64,000 nucleotides of DNA from NCBI GenBank assembly GCA_048571215.1, contig CP182352.1:3200001-3264000 (forward strand), in the 5' to 3' direction. Under the pieces are notes generated by a model, which was given only the letters and a program-made list of their open reading frames with translations, was not told the DNA's origin and did no database searches. The stretch comes from Halarcobacter sp. Lineage in GTDB: Bacteria > Campylobacterota > Campylobacteria > Campylobacterales > Arcobacteraceae. The first letter of the stretch is position 1; each line of letters starts with the position of its first letter. A program made the position numbers and the translations under genes. This document shows positions 43,601 through 51,330 of this stretch, in pieces.

Positions 43601-43995
43601 TTTACAAAATCGTGAAGCTCTTGACAATCCTCTTCTATCTCTAAATAAGGACTGAGCTCCTTTTTTAAATCTTTTTTATATTCAAATGGGAAATTTTTTG
43701 CAGAATCTTCAACAAAGAAGTCAAAAGGGTTTATCGTAACCATATCGGCAATAATCTCAACATCCACACTAAAATGGTCAGTTTTTTCAGGGAAAACTAT
43801 TCTAGCTAGGTAGTTTCCAAAAGGATCTTGTTGCCAATTTATAAAATGATTTTCAGGTTTTATTTTTAATGAATATGCTTCAATAGGAGTTCTACTATGG
43901 GGTGCTGGACGCAACCTAATGATATGTGGTGACATTGATATACTTCTATCATACTTGTATGCAGTTTTATGTGAGATTACAATTTTCAAAGCCAT
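40630..43995 (-). CDS. Transglutaminase plus DUF2126 (putative COOH-NH2 ligase) fusion protein
   Basis: GSCRDFA, DLHAWTEVY and GWIGLD triad, then LTMGGEPTFVS, VTPDPGVIEVN, GTGGGNH, ELRAFDMPPH, NSYEAESRR. Confidence 0.93.
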   Translation of the reverse strand: MALKIVISHKTAYKYDRSISMSPHIIRLRPAPHSRTPIEAYSLKIKPENHFINWQQDPFGNYLARIVFPEKTDHFSVDVEIIADMVTINPFDFFVEDSAKNFPFEYKKDLKKELSPYLEIEEDCQELHDFVKTIDKSEKNINDFLVEINQKIHNTLNYTVRMEAGVQTPKETLDKKLGSCRDFAWLFVQVLRHLGLAARFVSGYLVQLTADVKSLDGPSGPEEDFTDLHAWTEVYVPGAGWIGLDSTSGLFAGEGHIPLACTPNYSSAHAIEGLADKCETEFSFENKVTRIFESPRVTKPYRQEQWDEIYKLGFKVDEDLIANDVRLTMGGEPTFVSIDDMESDQWNTKADGEHKRELANNLARKILDSTTTGGFLHHAQGKWYPGEPIPRWQTTVFWRKDGKPVWKDPNLLADKNKSYPYTTADAKKFLSTLALVLGVSDKNIIPAFEDPVYYIMKEAGLPLDIDPMEYNLKDPLERRTIAQKLSQGLNEEVGYVLPLGFGRTKWITSKWEFRRGYLFLSAGNSPLGLRLPLESLIVKPHIEIEKNFEPDLFASYPELGDYISQVEQRAKDIDDKTTEQNTYSAFVRTAISIELRDEKICIFLPPVEQTEPFLDLIASIEETAKMLNLAVIIEGYEPPEDLRTDRIKVTPDPGVIEVNIQPTSTWKDLSDNLLQLYEDARLCRLGTEKFMIDGRHTGTGGGNHVTIGAAKPSDSPLLRNPNLLRSLITFWQHHPGLSYLFSGAFIGPTSQAPRVDEGRMENLYELEIAFSQIPDSGDVPFWLTDRLFRHMLTDITGNTHRSEFCIDKLYSPDSSSGRLGILELRAFDMPPHSQMALLQMLLVRALVSSFWKNPYKHKLVRWGTRLHDEFLLEHYVKQDIKEVVDFLNENGYEFKLDWFDPFFEFRFPLYGMTTIDKMNVEIRAAIEPWNVLGEESSSQGTARYVDSSVERLQIKIENFNEDRYTLACNGVQIPLSKTPIEGVYVSGVRYKAWQPWSSLHPTIGVDTPLTFDIIDKWNDRSIGGFNYFVSHPGGRSYDSFPVNSYEAESRRINRYWDFNHSQGEIETFDPIVTSGKNTIFANGAKRAVVEKKGLEKLYFHEMPKNKEYPHTLDLRQRWMKN

Positions 43996-44143
43996 TTTTT
44001 ATCCTAATATATAATATTAGAGAGATTATACAAAAATATTAAGTCTATCTAGTTGAAGCGAAAACTATAGTTTTTATTGTTTTGTTAGTAATCAAAAAAT
44101 ATGAAAGCAAAAAAAAGAAAAAAAGCATTTATAAGGCAAATTA

Positions 44144-44202
44144 TTAGCACTCTATTATAATAATTGCTAAAAATATTAGCAGTTACTCTTGACAAGTGCT
44201 AA
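44144..44202. promoter_or_regulatory. Two tandem CIRCE-like (HrcA) operators upstream of hsp20
   Basis: TTAGCACTC-N9-AATTGCTAA (44144-44170) and TTAGCAGTT-N9-AAGTGCTAA (44176-44202), against consensus TTAGCACTC-N9-GAGTGCTAA. Confidence 0.82.
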
Positions 44203-44218
44203 AAATATTTGTTATAAT
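44189..44218 (+). promoter_or_regulatory. Sigma70-type promoter of hsp20
   Basis: TTGACA (44189-44194), 18-bp spacer, extended -10 TGtTATAAT (TATAAT at 44213-44218). Confidence 0.75.
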
Positions 44219-44226
44219 TCCATTAA

Positions 44227-44247
44227 CTTGATAGGTGATACCTCAAG
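44227..44247. promoter_or_regulatory. HAIR-like (HspR) inverted repeat
   Basis: CTTGATA-N7-CCTCAAG against consensus CTTGAGT-N7-ACTCAAG, just downstream of the -10. Confidence 0.62.
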
Positions 44248-44273
44248 TAAATAAAATTTAAAAGGAGTTAATT

Positions 44274-44687
44274 ATGTTACTAACAAGATTTGATCCATTT
44301 AAACAAATGAAAAACTTAGAAAAAAATTTTTATAACTATCCAACAAATGAAGGTGTAAATGCTTTTGTCCCTGTTGTAAATACAAGAGAGGGTGAGGCTG
44401 CATATCATATTGATGTGGATTTACCTGGTATAAAAAAAGAGGATATAAAAGTTGATATCAATAAAGATATCTTAACTATTTCAGGTGAAAGAAAAACAAA
44501 AGAGGAAGTAAAAGAAGAAGATTACTACAAAGTAGAAACTTCTTTTGGTAAGTTTTCTAGAAGTTTTACCTTGCCAGAAAATATTGATGGAGAAAACATC
44601 GAAGCAAGAAGTGATAATGGAGTTTTAGAGATTATTATTCCAAAACTTGATGAAGCAAAAAATAAAAAAACTATAGAGATAAAATAG
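44274..44687 (+). CDS. hsp20: Hsp20/alpha-crystallin small heat shock protein
   Basis: DLPGIKKEDIKV, LTISGER, FGKFSRSFTLP, NGVLEIIIPK. SD AAGGAG. Confidence 0.95.
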   Translation: MLLTRFDPFKQMKNLEKNFYNYPTNEGVNAFVPVVNTREGEAAYHIDVDLPGIKKEDIKVDINKDILTISGERKTKEEVKEEDYYKVETSFGKFSRSFTLPENIDGENIEARSDNGVLEIIIPKLDEAKNKKTIEIK

Positions 44688-44711
44688 AAGGAGCTTTTAA
44701 TACTCCTTCTA
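44685..44711 (+). other. Stem-loop overlapping the hsp20 stop (terminator-like or anti-SD switch)
   Basis: TAGAAGGAG-cttttaata-CTCCTTCTA, with no U-tract after it on the + strand. Confidence 0.6.
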
Positions 44712-44725
44712 AAAGGAGTTAAGTA

Positions 44726-44827
44726 TTGAAAAACTTAAAACAGAAAGAAAATGACTATTTTGTCTCAATGACAATCTCACTTTTTACGATTATTATTTCC
44801 TTGTTTTTAATAAACAATACCCATTAG
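44726..44827 (+). CDS. Candidate 33-aa single-TM small protein
   Basis: AAGGAG 7 nt before TTG. MKNLKQKENDYFVSMTISLFTIIISLFLINNTH*. Followed by a terminator-like hairpin. Confidence 0.45.
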   Translation: MKNLKQKENDYFVSMTISLFTIIISLFLINNTH

Positions 44828-44850
44828 ATACCACAACTTTCCCCTTAAAA

Positions 44851-44877
44851 AAAAGTAGCTTTTTAAAAGCTACTTTT
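44851..44877. terminator. Palindromic, probably bidirectional intrinsic terminator
   Basis: AAAAGTAGCTTTT-T-AAAAGCTACTTTT. Confidence 0.6.
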
Positions 44878-44974
44878 AAAAAATCAAAAAAAATCAAATT
44901 TTTTATTAAATGTGACGTTAAAGTGACAACTTTTTTATATAATAGATTAATGATTTTATATAAGGTCTATCATT

Positions 44975-45712
44975 ATGAAATATTTTGAACTAAAATGCTT
45001 GGCATATATTAAAAAAGAGATTGAACTAAATGAAAGCTTTGATGCTCTATCTAGCTATATAAACTATTGTTTTACAAAAGATGAAGTATTGAAAAAACTA
45101 CATGAAGAAAAAGACTTCAAAAACTATTGTTTTGGGAATTTTTACCCAATAGAAAAAAACAAGGTATATAAAAAAGGAAACACTTATGAGTTTGTGATAC
45201 GCTCATTAGATGAAGAGTTTATTTATAAATTACAAAAACTATTAAGAGAAAATGTAAACAATAGTTTTTTTCAAGTACTACAAGCAACAAAAAAAGTGGT
45301 AAAACAATTTTTTGTAAGTGAACTATATACAATAACCCCAACCATCACAACAGTAAAAGATGAAAATGACAAATCAATATTTTGGACTCTAGATAAAGAT
45401 GGAGATATCTTAAAACTGCAAGAACAACTTCAAAAAAATCTTTTAAAAAAATACGAAAACTTTTATAATGAAAAACTAGAACCAACACAAAACTTTATCC
45501 AACTACTAAAAATCAAAAATCAAAAACCACAATCAATATATTTTATGAAAAAGATAAATGATAATAAAAGTATAAGAGTAAGACTCTTTGGAAATAAGTT
45601 TAAAATAGTACCAAATGAAGATGAAGTAAGTCAGAAGTTGGCGTTTGTTGCTTTAGCTTGTGGACTTGGGGAGAAACAAAGTTATGGTGGAGGGTTTTGT
45701 TTATGGAAGTAG
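44975..45712 (+). CDS. cas6: CRISPR-associated endoribonuclease Cas6
   Basis: C-terminal Gly-rich loop GLGEKQSYGGGF. First gene of the cas operon. Confidence 0.9.
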   Translation: MKYFELKCLAYIKKEIELNESFDALSSYINYCFTKDEVLKKLHEEKDFKNYCFGNFYPIEKNKVYKKGNTYEFVIRSLDEEFIYKLQKLLRENVNNSFFQVLQATKKVVKQFFVSELYTITPTITTVKDENDKSIFWTLDKDGDILKLQEQLQKNLLKKYENFYNEKLEPTQNFIQLLKIKNQKPQSIYFMKKINDNKSIRVRLFGNKFKIVPNEDEVSQKLAFVALACGLGEKQSYGGGFCLWK

Positions 45713-47466
45713 TTCAAGAAAATTTATTTAATGTTACACAAAAAGATAAAATTGTTTCTAAAAAGTTTACGGTAAAAGATGTATTTTTTAATAACGGTTT
45801 AGTAAATTTATACCAGTTCTTACAAGAGTATGCTTTTGATATTGATATTAAATTAGAAAAAAGTTTTTTAGAACTTAAATACCAAGATGAAGAAATCTTT
45901 TTTAAGATTTTGAATAAATTCTTAGAAGAAAAAGAGATAGTTACTTTTAATAAAAAAAATACAAGAATATTTTTTGATACAAATACAAATGAATTTACTC
46001 AAGCTGCTAAAGTAAATATAAAAAACGGTGGGAGTAATGATTCTAAAAATGCTTTGATAAGAGTTCATATTAGTGATTTATCTATATCAAAAGAAGAACT
46101 ATTAAAAAAAGAAGAAAAATATGTACAAGAAAATGAAAATCACACTAAAGATGAGTATAAGATAGAGAAGTGTTATTATGATAAATCAAAGCAGGAAATT
46201 TATGTATTATCATCTTTACAAGAACATATTGAAAAGTTTTCTTCATACTTAGTAAAAGATGATTTTTTGGCTTTAAATTCTTCTATTCATAATTTTGAAG
46301 ATGGGCAAAAAAGTTTTCATGATATGATAAAAATATCTAAAAATTATAATATAGACAAATGGGAAGCTTTAATTTACTGGTTTGGTACAAAAATACAACA
46401 CTATTTTAACTTTGCTTTTTTTATCTATCCAAACTCATCTAATATAGAAGCATTAAATATTTTTAAAAGAGATTTAAAAATAAAAGATGAAAAAAATAGT
46501 TTTAGAGATGAAAATGATACTTTAATAACGACAAATACAAATGTTAATTTTTATGACCAATTGAGAAAAGATAAGATATTTGGCAAAAAGTTTAAAAATT
46601 TTTATATCTCTAAAAGTGATGTTGAATTTGAATTAAAATTTTTTATGTATTTATTTTCAAAAATTTCTCATATAGAAAGTAGTTATGAAAAAGCTTTAGA
46701 TAAAGATAAAATGACAAAAAGAAAAGAAAAAATTTTTAATGCCTTACAAGAGATTACTTTTGTTGTCTATGTTGAAGATGGGACTTTCAAAAAGTCTTTA
46801 AATGAATATACAAAAGCATATCAGTTTATACAGTTTTTAGAGAAACTTAAAAAAACAAAAATAAATGTTCAAAAAGAATATGAGAGTAATCTTTTTGTTT
46901 ATCTTGCTGATATGATAGTGACATTTGGGTTATCTCAAAATTCAAAAGAAATAAATATAAATTTTCAGAAATGGTGTAAAGCTTTTTTAGAGTTTAAATC
47001 TCTTAGAAAGTATTATTATACAACTAGTTTTAATATTTTGAAAAATGAATCTAAATCTTTTGGTAAAGGTTTATATGAATTTGAAAAAATTTATTTAAAA
47101 AATATAATGAAAGGGAAAAATATGAACATTCTAGAAGAATCTAAAAAACTTGGTGAACAAATTGGTGATTTTGCATCTAAAAAATTTGATATGGTAGATA
47201 AAAAAGGGGATAAAGATTTATTATTTAAAATTAGAAATATTAAAAATAGTAAACAATTATTAAGTTTCTTAAAAGACGTAGAGTTTACATTTTTGAAAGA
47301 TTATAAAAGTGAGTCTACTAATAATTATTATCTTGATACAACAAAATTATTAGTAGATGAATCATTTATTACAAATAATTGGGAAGCAATAAGGGATTAT
47401 ATTTCAATTTTTGCGATAGATAAATATAAAAGAGTAATGTATAGTAAATCAAATAATCAAAAATAA
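45703..47466 (+). CDS. cas8: Type I-B Cascade large subunit (Cas8, divergent)
   Basis: Position between cas6 and cas7, about 587 aa, N-terminal FFNNGLVNL, helical C-terminal domain. ATG at 45703 follows GGAGGG. Confidence 0.75.
   Translation: MEVVQENLFNVTQKDKIVSKKFTVKDVFFNNGLVNLYQFLQEYAFDIDIKLEKSFLELKYQDEEIFFKILNKFLEEKEIVTFNKKNTRIFFDTNTNEFTQAAKVNIKNGGSNDSKNALIRVHISDLSISKEELLKKEEKYVQENENHTKDEYKIEKCYYDKSKQEIYVLSSLQEHIEKFSSYLVKDDFLALNSSIHNFEDGQKSFHDMIKISKNYNIDKWEALIYWFGTKIQHYFNFAFFIYPNSSNIEALNIFKRDLKIKDEKNSFRDENDTLITTNTNVNFYDQLRKDKIFGKKFKNFYISKSDVEFELKFFMYLFSKISHIESSYEKALDKDKMTKRKEKIFNALQEITFVVYVEDGTFKKSLNEYTKAYQFIQFLEKLKKTKINVQKEYESNLFVYLADMIVTFGLSQNSKEININFQKWCKAFLEFKSLRKYYYTTSFNILKNESKSFGKGLYEFEKIYLKNIMKGKNMNILEESKKLGEQIGDFASKKFDMVDKKGDKDLLFKIRNIKNSKQLLSFLKDVEFTFLKDYKSESTNNYYLDTTKLLVDESFITNNWEAIRDYISIFAIDKYKRVMYSKSNNQK
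47122..47466 (+). CDS. cas11: Probable Cas11 small subunit translated from an internal in-frame start in cas8
   Basis: AAGGGA-aaaat-ATG in frame with cas8, giving a 114-aa helical product MNILEESKKLGEQIG... Confidence 0.6.
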   Translation: MNILEESKKLGEQIGDFASKKFDMVDKKGDKDLLFKIRNIKNSKQLLSFLKDVEFTFLKDYKSESTNNYYLDTTKLLVDESFITNNWEAIRDYISIFAIDKYKRVMYSKSNNQK

Positions 47467-47475
47467 GGAGAAGAA

Positions 47476-48399
47476 ATGTTTTTAAATATCGCATATATTA
47501 CAAAAGTAAATTTAGCATCATTAAATGGTAGTGAAGGGACAGGTGGGAATATAACTGAAATGAAAAAAATTGCAAGTGCAAATGGTGAAGAGTATGCTTA
47601 TGTTTCGGGACAAGCTTTAAGAAGATATTTTAAAGAAACACTACTTCAACTAGGACAAAGAATTACAGAAGTTAGTGAAAATGGTAATCCAACTTTTAGA
47701 GATGAAAATGGTAAATATATAGATCTTGATAAAAAATTAAAAGATGTAAAAGAATTGGCCTATAAAAAGTTTATAGATCTTGATCTTTTTGGATATATGT
47801 TCCCAAATGGTGGCAGAAGATGGTCTCCTGTAAAAGTTACCCCTCTTATATCAATACTTCCATATAAAGGTGAATATGATTACCTTACAAGAAAACAAAA
47901 ACCAAAAAAAGAAAATGAAAAAAGTGGGAATATTGTACAAATAGAGATAGATACATTAAATTTTATGAGAGGGAATATTATGGTAAATACTTCTCATATA
48001 GGAAATGAAATCGATGAATATACTTATGATGTAAATGAAATTTTAGATAATGAAGAAAAAAATAGTAGATTAAATATTTTTTTAGATGCTATTAAAAACT
48101 TTAATGGTGGAGCAAAACAATCAAGAAACCTTGAAGATATTTCACCAAAATTTATAGTAATAGCTAAACAAAAAACTGGGAATCCATTTTTATTAAATAG
48201 CTTGGATGTGGATATTGAAGGTAATATAAATATTGAAAATATAAAAGAATCTATTGAAGACACAGATGTAGAATCTCTAACTATAGGCATATCAAAAGGG
48301 ATATTCAAAAATGAAGAAGAGATAAAAAATAGCTTTGAAAATGTAGTTTCTGTAGCAAAGGCAATAGAAGAGTATAAAGATATATTAAAGAGTAAATAA
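47476..48399 (+). CDS. cas7: Type I-B Cas7 (Cst2/DevR-like)
   Basis: ASLNGSEGTGGNITEMKK, YVSGQALRR, DLFGYM, RRWSPVKV, GGAKQSRNLEDISPKF. Confidence 0.92.
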   Translation: MFLNIAYITKVNLASLNGSEGTGGNITEMKKIASANGEEYAYVSGQALRRYFKETLLQLGQRITEVSENGNPTFRDENGKYIDLDKKLKDVKELAYKKFIDLDLFGYMFPNGGRRWSPVKVTPLISILPYKGEYDYLTRKQKPKKENEKSGNIVQIEIDTLNFMRGNIMVNTSHIGNEIDEYTYDVNEILDNEEKNSRLNIFLDAIKNFNGGAKQSRNLEDISPKFIVIAKQKTGNPFLLNSLDVDIEGNINIENIKESIEDTDVESLTIGISKGIFKNEEEIKNSFENVVSVAKAIEEYKDILKSK

Positions 48400-49118
48400 T
48401 GAAAGTTATAAGATTTGAGATACAAGGTCTTATGAATTCATATAGAATACCTTTTTTTAGAACTTATCATAAAAGTTTTTTAGCTCCACCAAAAACTACT
48501 ATCATAGGAATGCTTTGTAATATCTCATTAAAATCTCAAAAAGAGTTTTTTGAGATTTTAGATAAAGAGGTATTTGAAGTATCAGTTGTAATAAATGAGA
48601 TTAAAGGTAGAGCTAAAGATTTATGGTCATATAAAACTTTAGAGAAAAAAAATATGGGAAAAAGTGTAGTTAGAAGAGATAAACTTTTTTCTCCAAAATA
48701 CACGATATATCTAAAAATAAAAGATAAAAAACTTTATAATGAAATTTTAGAAAATCTAAGATTGCCTAAAAATACTCCATCTTTAGGAATGGATGATGAG
48801 TTGATAGAGATAAAAAATATCAAAACCTTAGAGATGGAAGAACATGACACTAATAAAATAAATTCTATTTTTTTAGATAAAAATATTTCTTATAAGGCAT
48901 ATGTGAAAGATTTATCAAAAAGTATAGAGCTTCCAACTATAAATTTAGCTTCTACAAAGTTTATAGCTTTTGATAAAAAAAATAAAAGAATACCAAAAGA
49001 GTCAAATAAAGATTTTGAATTTAGTCAAGTTGAGTATTTAAATTGTGAAATAGAGTTTGCTAAAGATATAGAGAGTTTTGTGGATGTTGAACTTAATAAT
49101 AAAGTGGTGTTTTACTAG
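48399..49118 (+). CDS. cas5: Cas5
   Basis: N-terminal SYRIPFFRTYHKSFLAPPKTTIIGML, LGMDDE. Confidence 0.92.
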   Translation: MKVIRFEIQGLMNSYRIPFFRTYHKSFLAPPKTTIIGMLCNISLKSQKEFFEILDKEVFEVSVVINEIKGRAKDLWSYKTLEKKNMGKSVVRRDKLFSPKYTIYLKIKDKKLYNEILENLRLPKNTPSLGMDDELIEIKNIKTLEMEEHDTNKINSIFLDKNISYKAYVKDLSKSIELPTINLASTKFIAFDKKNKRIPKESNKDFEFSQVEYLNCEIEFAKDIESFVDVELNNKVVFY

Positions 49119-51319
49119 TGAAAATATTAGCAAAAAAAATCGTAGAAGATGAGCAGATTAAAACTCAGACTTTACAAGAACATACAAATTGGGTTATGGA
49201 AGAAGCTTTGAAATTAATAGATGATAAGTCATTATCAAAAGTTTCTATAATAAGTGGTTGGAAAAAAGAAAAGATTTTAGATTTGATTTTTTTTAGCTGT
49301 TATTTTCATGATATTGGAAAAGCTACTATTGAATTTCAAAATACTATTAATAATGGAACTAATTCATATCATTCTTTATATAGTGTAAGTGTTTTAAACC
49401 AAATAAATGAATTTAATATTTCAGGTGAAGAAGATAGCACTATAAATTTATTACTAACTCTTTGTTTAACTCATCATACACTATTACCATATAATAGTAA
49501 TAATGCATATTTTACTTTTTTAGATAGTGTAGAGAGTATTTTTTTTAATTATAAAGACTCTTATAAAAATTATTTAAATAAAGAGTGTTTATATGATTTT
49601 GATTTTGAGATAGAAGAAGATATAGAAGATATTTTATTTGATATTGAAGATGATTTAAAGTACATAAAAGAAAATCATAAATTAAGAACACTTTACACAT
49701 ATTGTAGTGGTATATTGAACCTTGCAGATTGGCTTGCAAGTGCTAGGTTTAGCAGAAGTTTACCAAAAACATATTTTGAAAAACTACCCACAAAAGAAAA
49801 TTTTAAAGGAAAATTATCTTTCTTTCAATTAAGAGATTTTCAAAAAGATTTATCAATTTTAAGTAAGAGTGTACTTGTAGAAATACCAACAGGAGAAGGG
49901 AAAACAGAAGGTTCTCTCCTTTGGGCTATAAAAAATCTATATGATAAAAACTCTAAGGTTATATATACTCTTCCTACACAAGTAACTTCAAATAAATTAT
50001 ATGAAAGAGTGACTTCTCTTTTTGATAAAAATGAATGTGGACTTATACATTCATCTTCAAAGTTATATCTTGAGAAGGAGTATGAAAAAGAACATGGTTT
50101 AGTAGATGACTTCTTTAAAAGTGAAATAACTTTTAATAAAAACTTTTCAAAGCCTGTAACTGTTTCTACTATTGATTCTCTTTTAAAGTTTTTCATAAAT
50201 ATTGGTAGATTTAATATTGCAACAAAAAACTATTTAAATTCAGTTGTGATTATAGATGAAGTGCATTGTTATGATTTTAAACTAATGGGTTTTTTAAAAA
50301 AGTTTTTAGAACTTTGCAACGAATTTGATGTAAAAGTTTGTTTGATGAGTGCATCTATTCCTAAAAAGATAAAAGAATTATTAGGTATTGAAAACTATCC
50401 AATTATCACTGAGAAAAAATTATTTAAGAAAAAAGCAAATGAAATTATAAAAATAGATGAAGAACTTGATGAAAACTTTGATTTAATAATTAAAAAGTTC
50501 AAAGAAAATAAAAATATATTAATTATAAGAAATAGTGTAAAAAGTGCAACAGATACATATAAAAAGCTTAGAGATGATTATGGTATAGATGAAGATGATT
50601 TGATACTTTATCATTCTACATTTAAAAAAAGAGATAAAAATCAAAAAGAGAAGGATATTTTTGATAAGTTAGATGGTAATAAACCTTTTATTTTAATTGC
50701 AACTCAAATAGTAGAAATATCATTAGATATTGATTTTGACATAATGTTTACAGATAATGCTCCAATTGATTCTTTGATTCAAAGGTTTGGTAGAGTGAAT
50801 CGTAAAAAAGATGAAACTAAAAAGGGAGTAATATATATTTTTAAATATGAAAAAGAGTTCCCTTATAAGTCAAAGTATCTAATACAAACAACTTTTGATA
50901 CTATAGAAAATGGATATTTTGAACTTGGGGAATATGTAAAATGGCTAAATGTAGTTTATGATAAAGTATTTAAAAATGATATAAAGATAAATAATGAGAT
51001 AGATAGCCTATTTAAACAAGGATATAAAAAATATGATGATGTTCTAAAAGAATTAGATGGAATAAAAAAATCTGAAGATAATTATGACTTAAGACATATA
51101 GAGCAATCTAAAGTAGACTATTTATTAGTAGATGATTTTTTAGATGATAATATAGATTCAAAAAAATTTCATGAATATACTATTTCATTACCAAATTATT
51201 ATGGAAAAAAATATCTTTATATATCACAAAAAGAATCTTTTTATAAAGTTTTAGACTTAAAATATAATTATAGAGAGGGATTATTAATAGATGATGATAA
51301 GTCTTGCGAATTTATGTAA
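49118..51319 (+). CDS. cas3: Cas3 HD nuclease-helicase
   Basis: LQEHT, FHDIGKA, LADWLAS, IPTGEGKT, DEVH, MSAS, QRFGRVNR. Confidence 0.96.
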   Translation: MKILAKKIVEDEQIKTQTLQEHTNWVMEEALKLIDDKSLSKVSIISGWKKEKILDLIFFSCYFHDIGKATIEFQNTINNGTNSYHSLYSVSVLNQINEFNISGEEDSTINLLLTLCLTHHTLLPYNSNNAYFTFLDSVESIFFNYKDSYKNYLNKECLYDFDFEIEEDIEDILFDIEDDLKYIKENHKLRTLYTYCSGILNLADWLASARFSRSLPKTYFEKLPTKENFKGKLSFFQLRDFQKDLSILSKSVLVEIPTGEGKTEGSLLWAIKNLYDKNSKVIYTLPTQVTSNKLYERVTSLFDKNECGLIHSSSKLYLEKEYEKEHGLVDDFFKSEITFNKNFSKPVTVSTIDSLLKFFINIGRFNIATKNYLNSVVIIDEVHCYDFKLMGFLKKFLELCNEFDVKVCLMSASIPKKIKELLGIENYPIITEKKLFKKKANEIIKIDEELDENFDLIIKKFKENKNILIIRNSVKSATDTYKKLRDDYGIDEDDLILYHSTFKKRDKNQKEKDIFDKLDGNKPFILIATQIVEISLDIDFDIMFTDNAPIDSLIQRFGRVNRKKDETKKGVIYIFKYEKEFPYKSKYLIQTTFDTIENGYFELGEYVKWLNVVYDKVFKNDIKINNEIDSLFKQGYKKYDDVLKELDGIKKSEDNYDLRHIEQSKVDYLLVDDFLDDNIDSKKFHEYTISLPNYYGKKYLYISQKESFYKVLDLKYNYREGLLIDDDKSCEFM

Positions 51320-51330
51320 AAAGGTAGAAT

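Noticed and set aside
44703..44732. GTATTGAAA upstream of cas6 as a degenerate CRISPR repeat (creA-like)
   Set aside because: Only about 17/30 identity in AT-rich DNA, with no partner repeat at spacer distance. It is better explained as the start of the small ORF.
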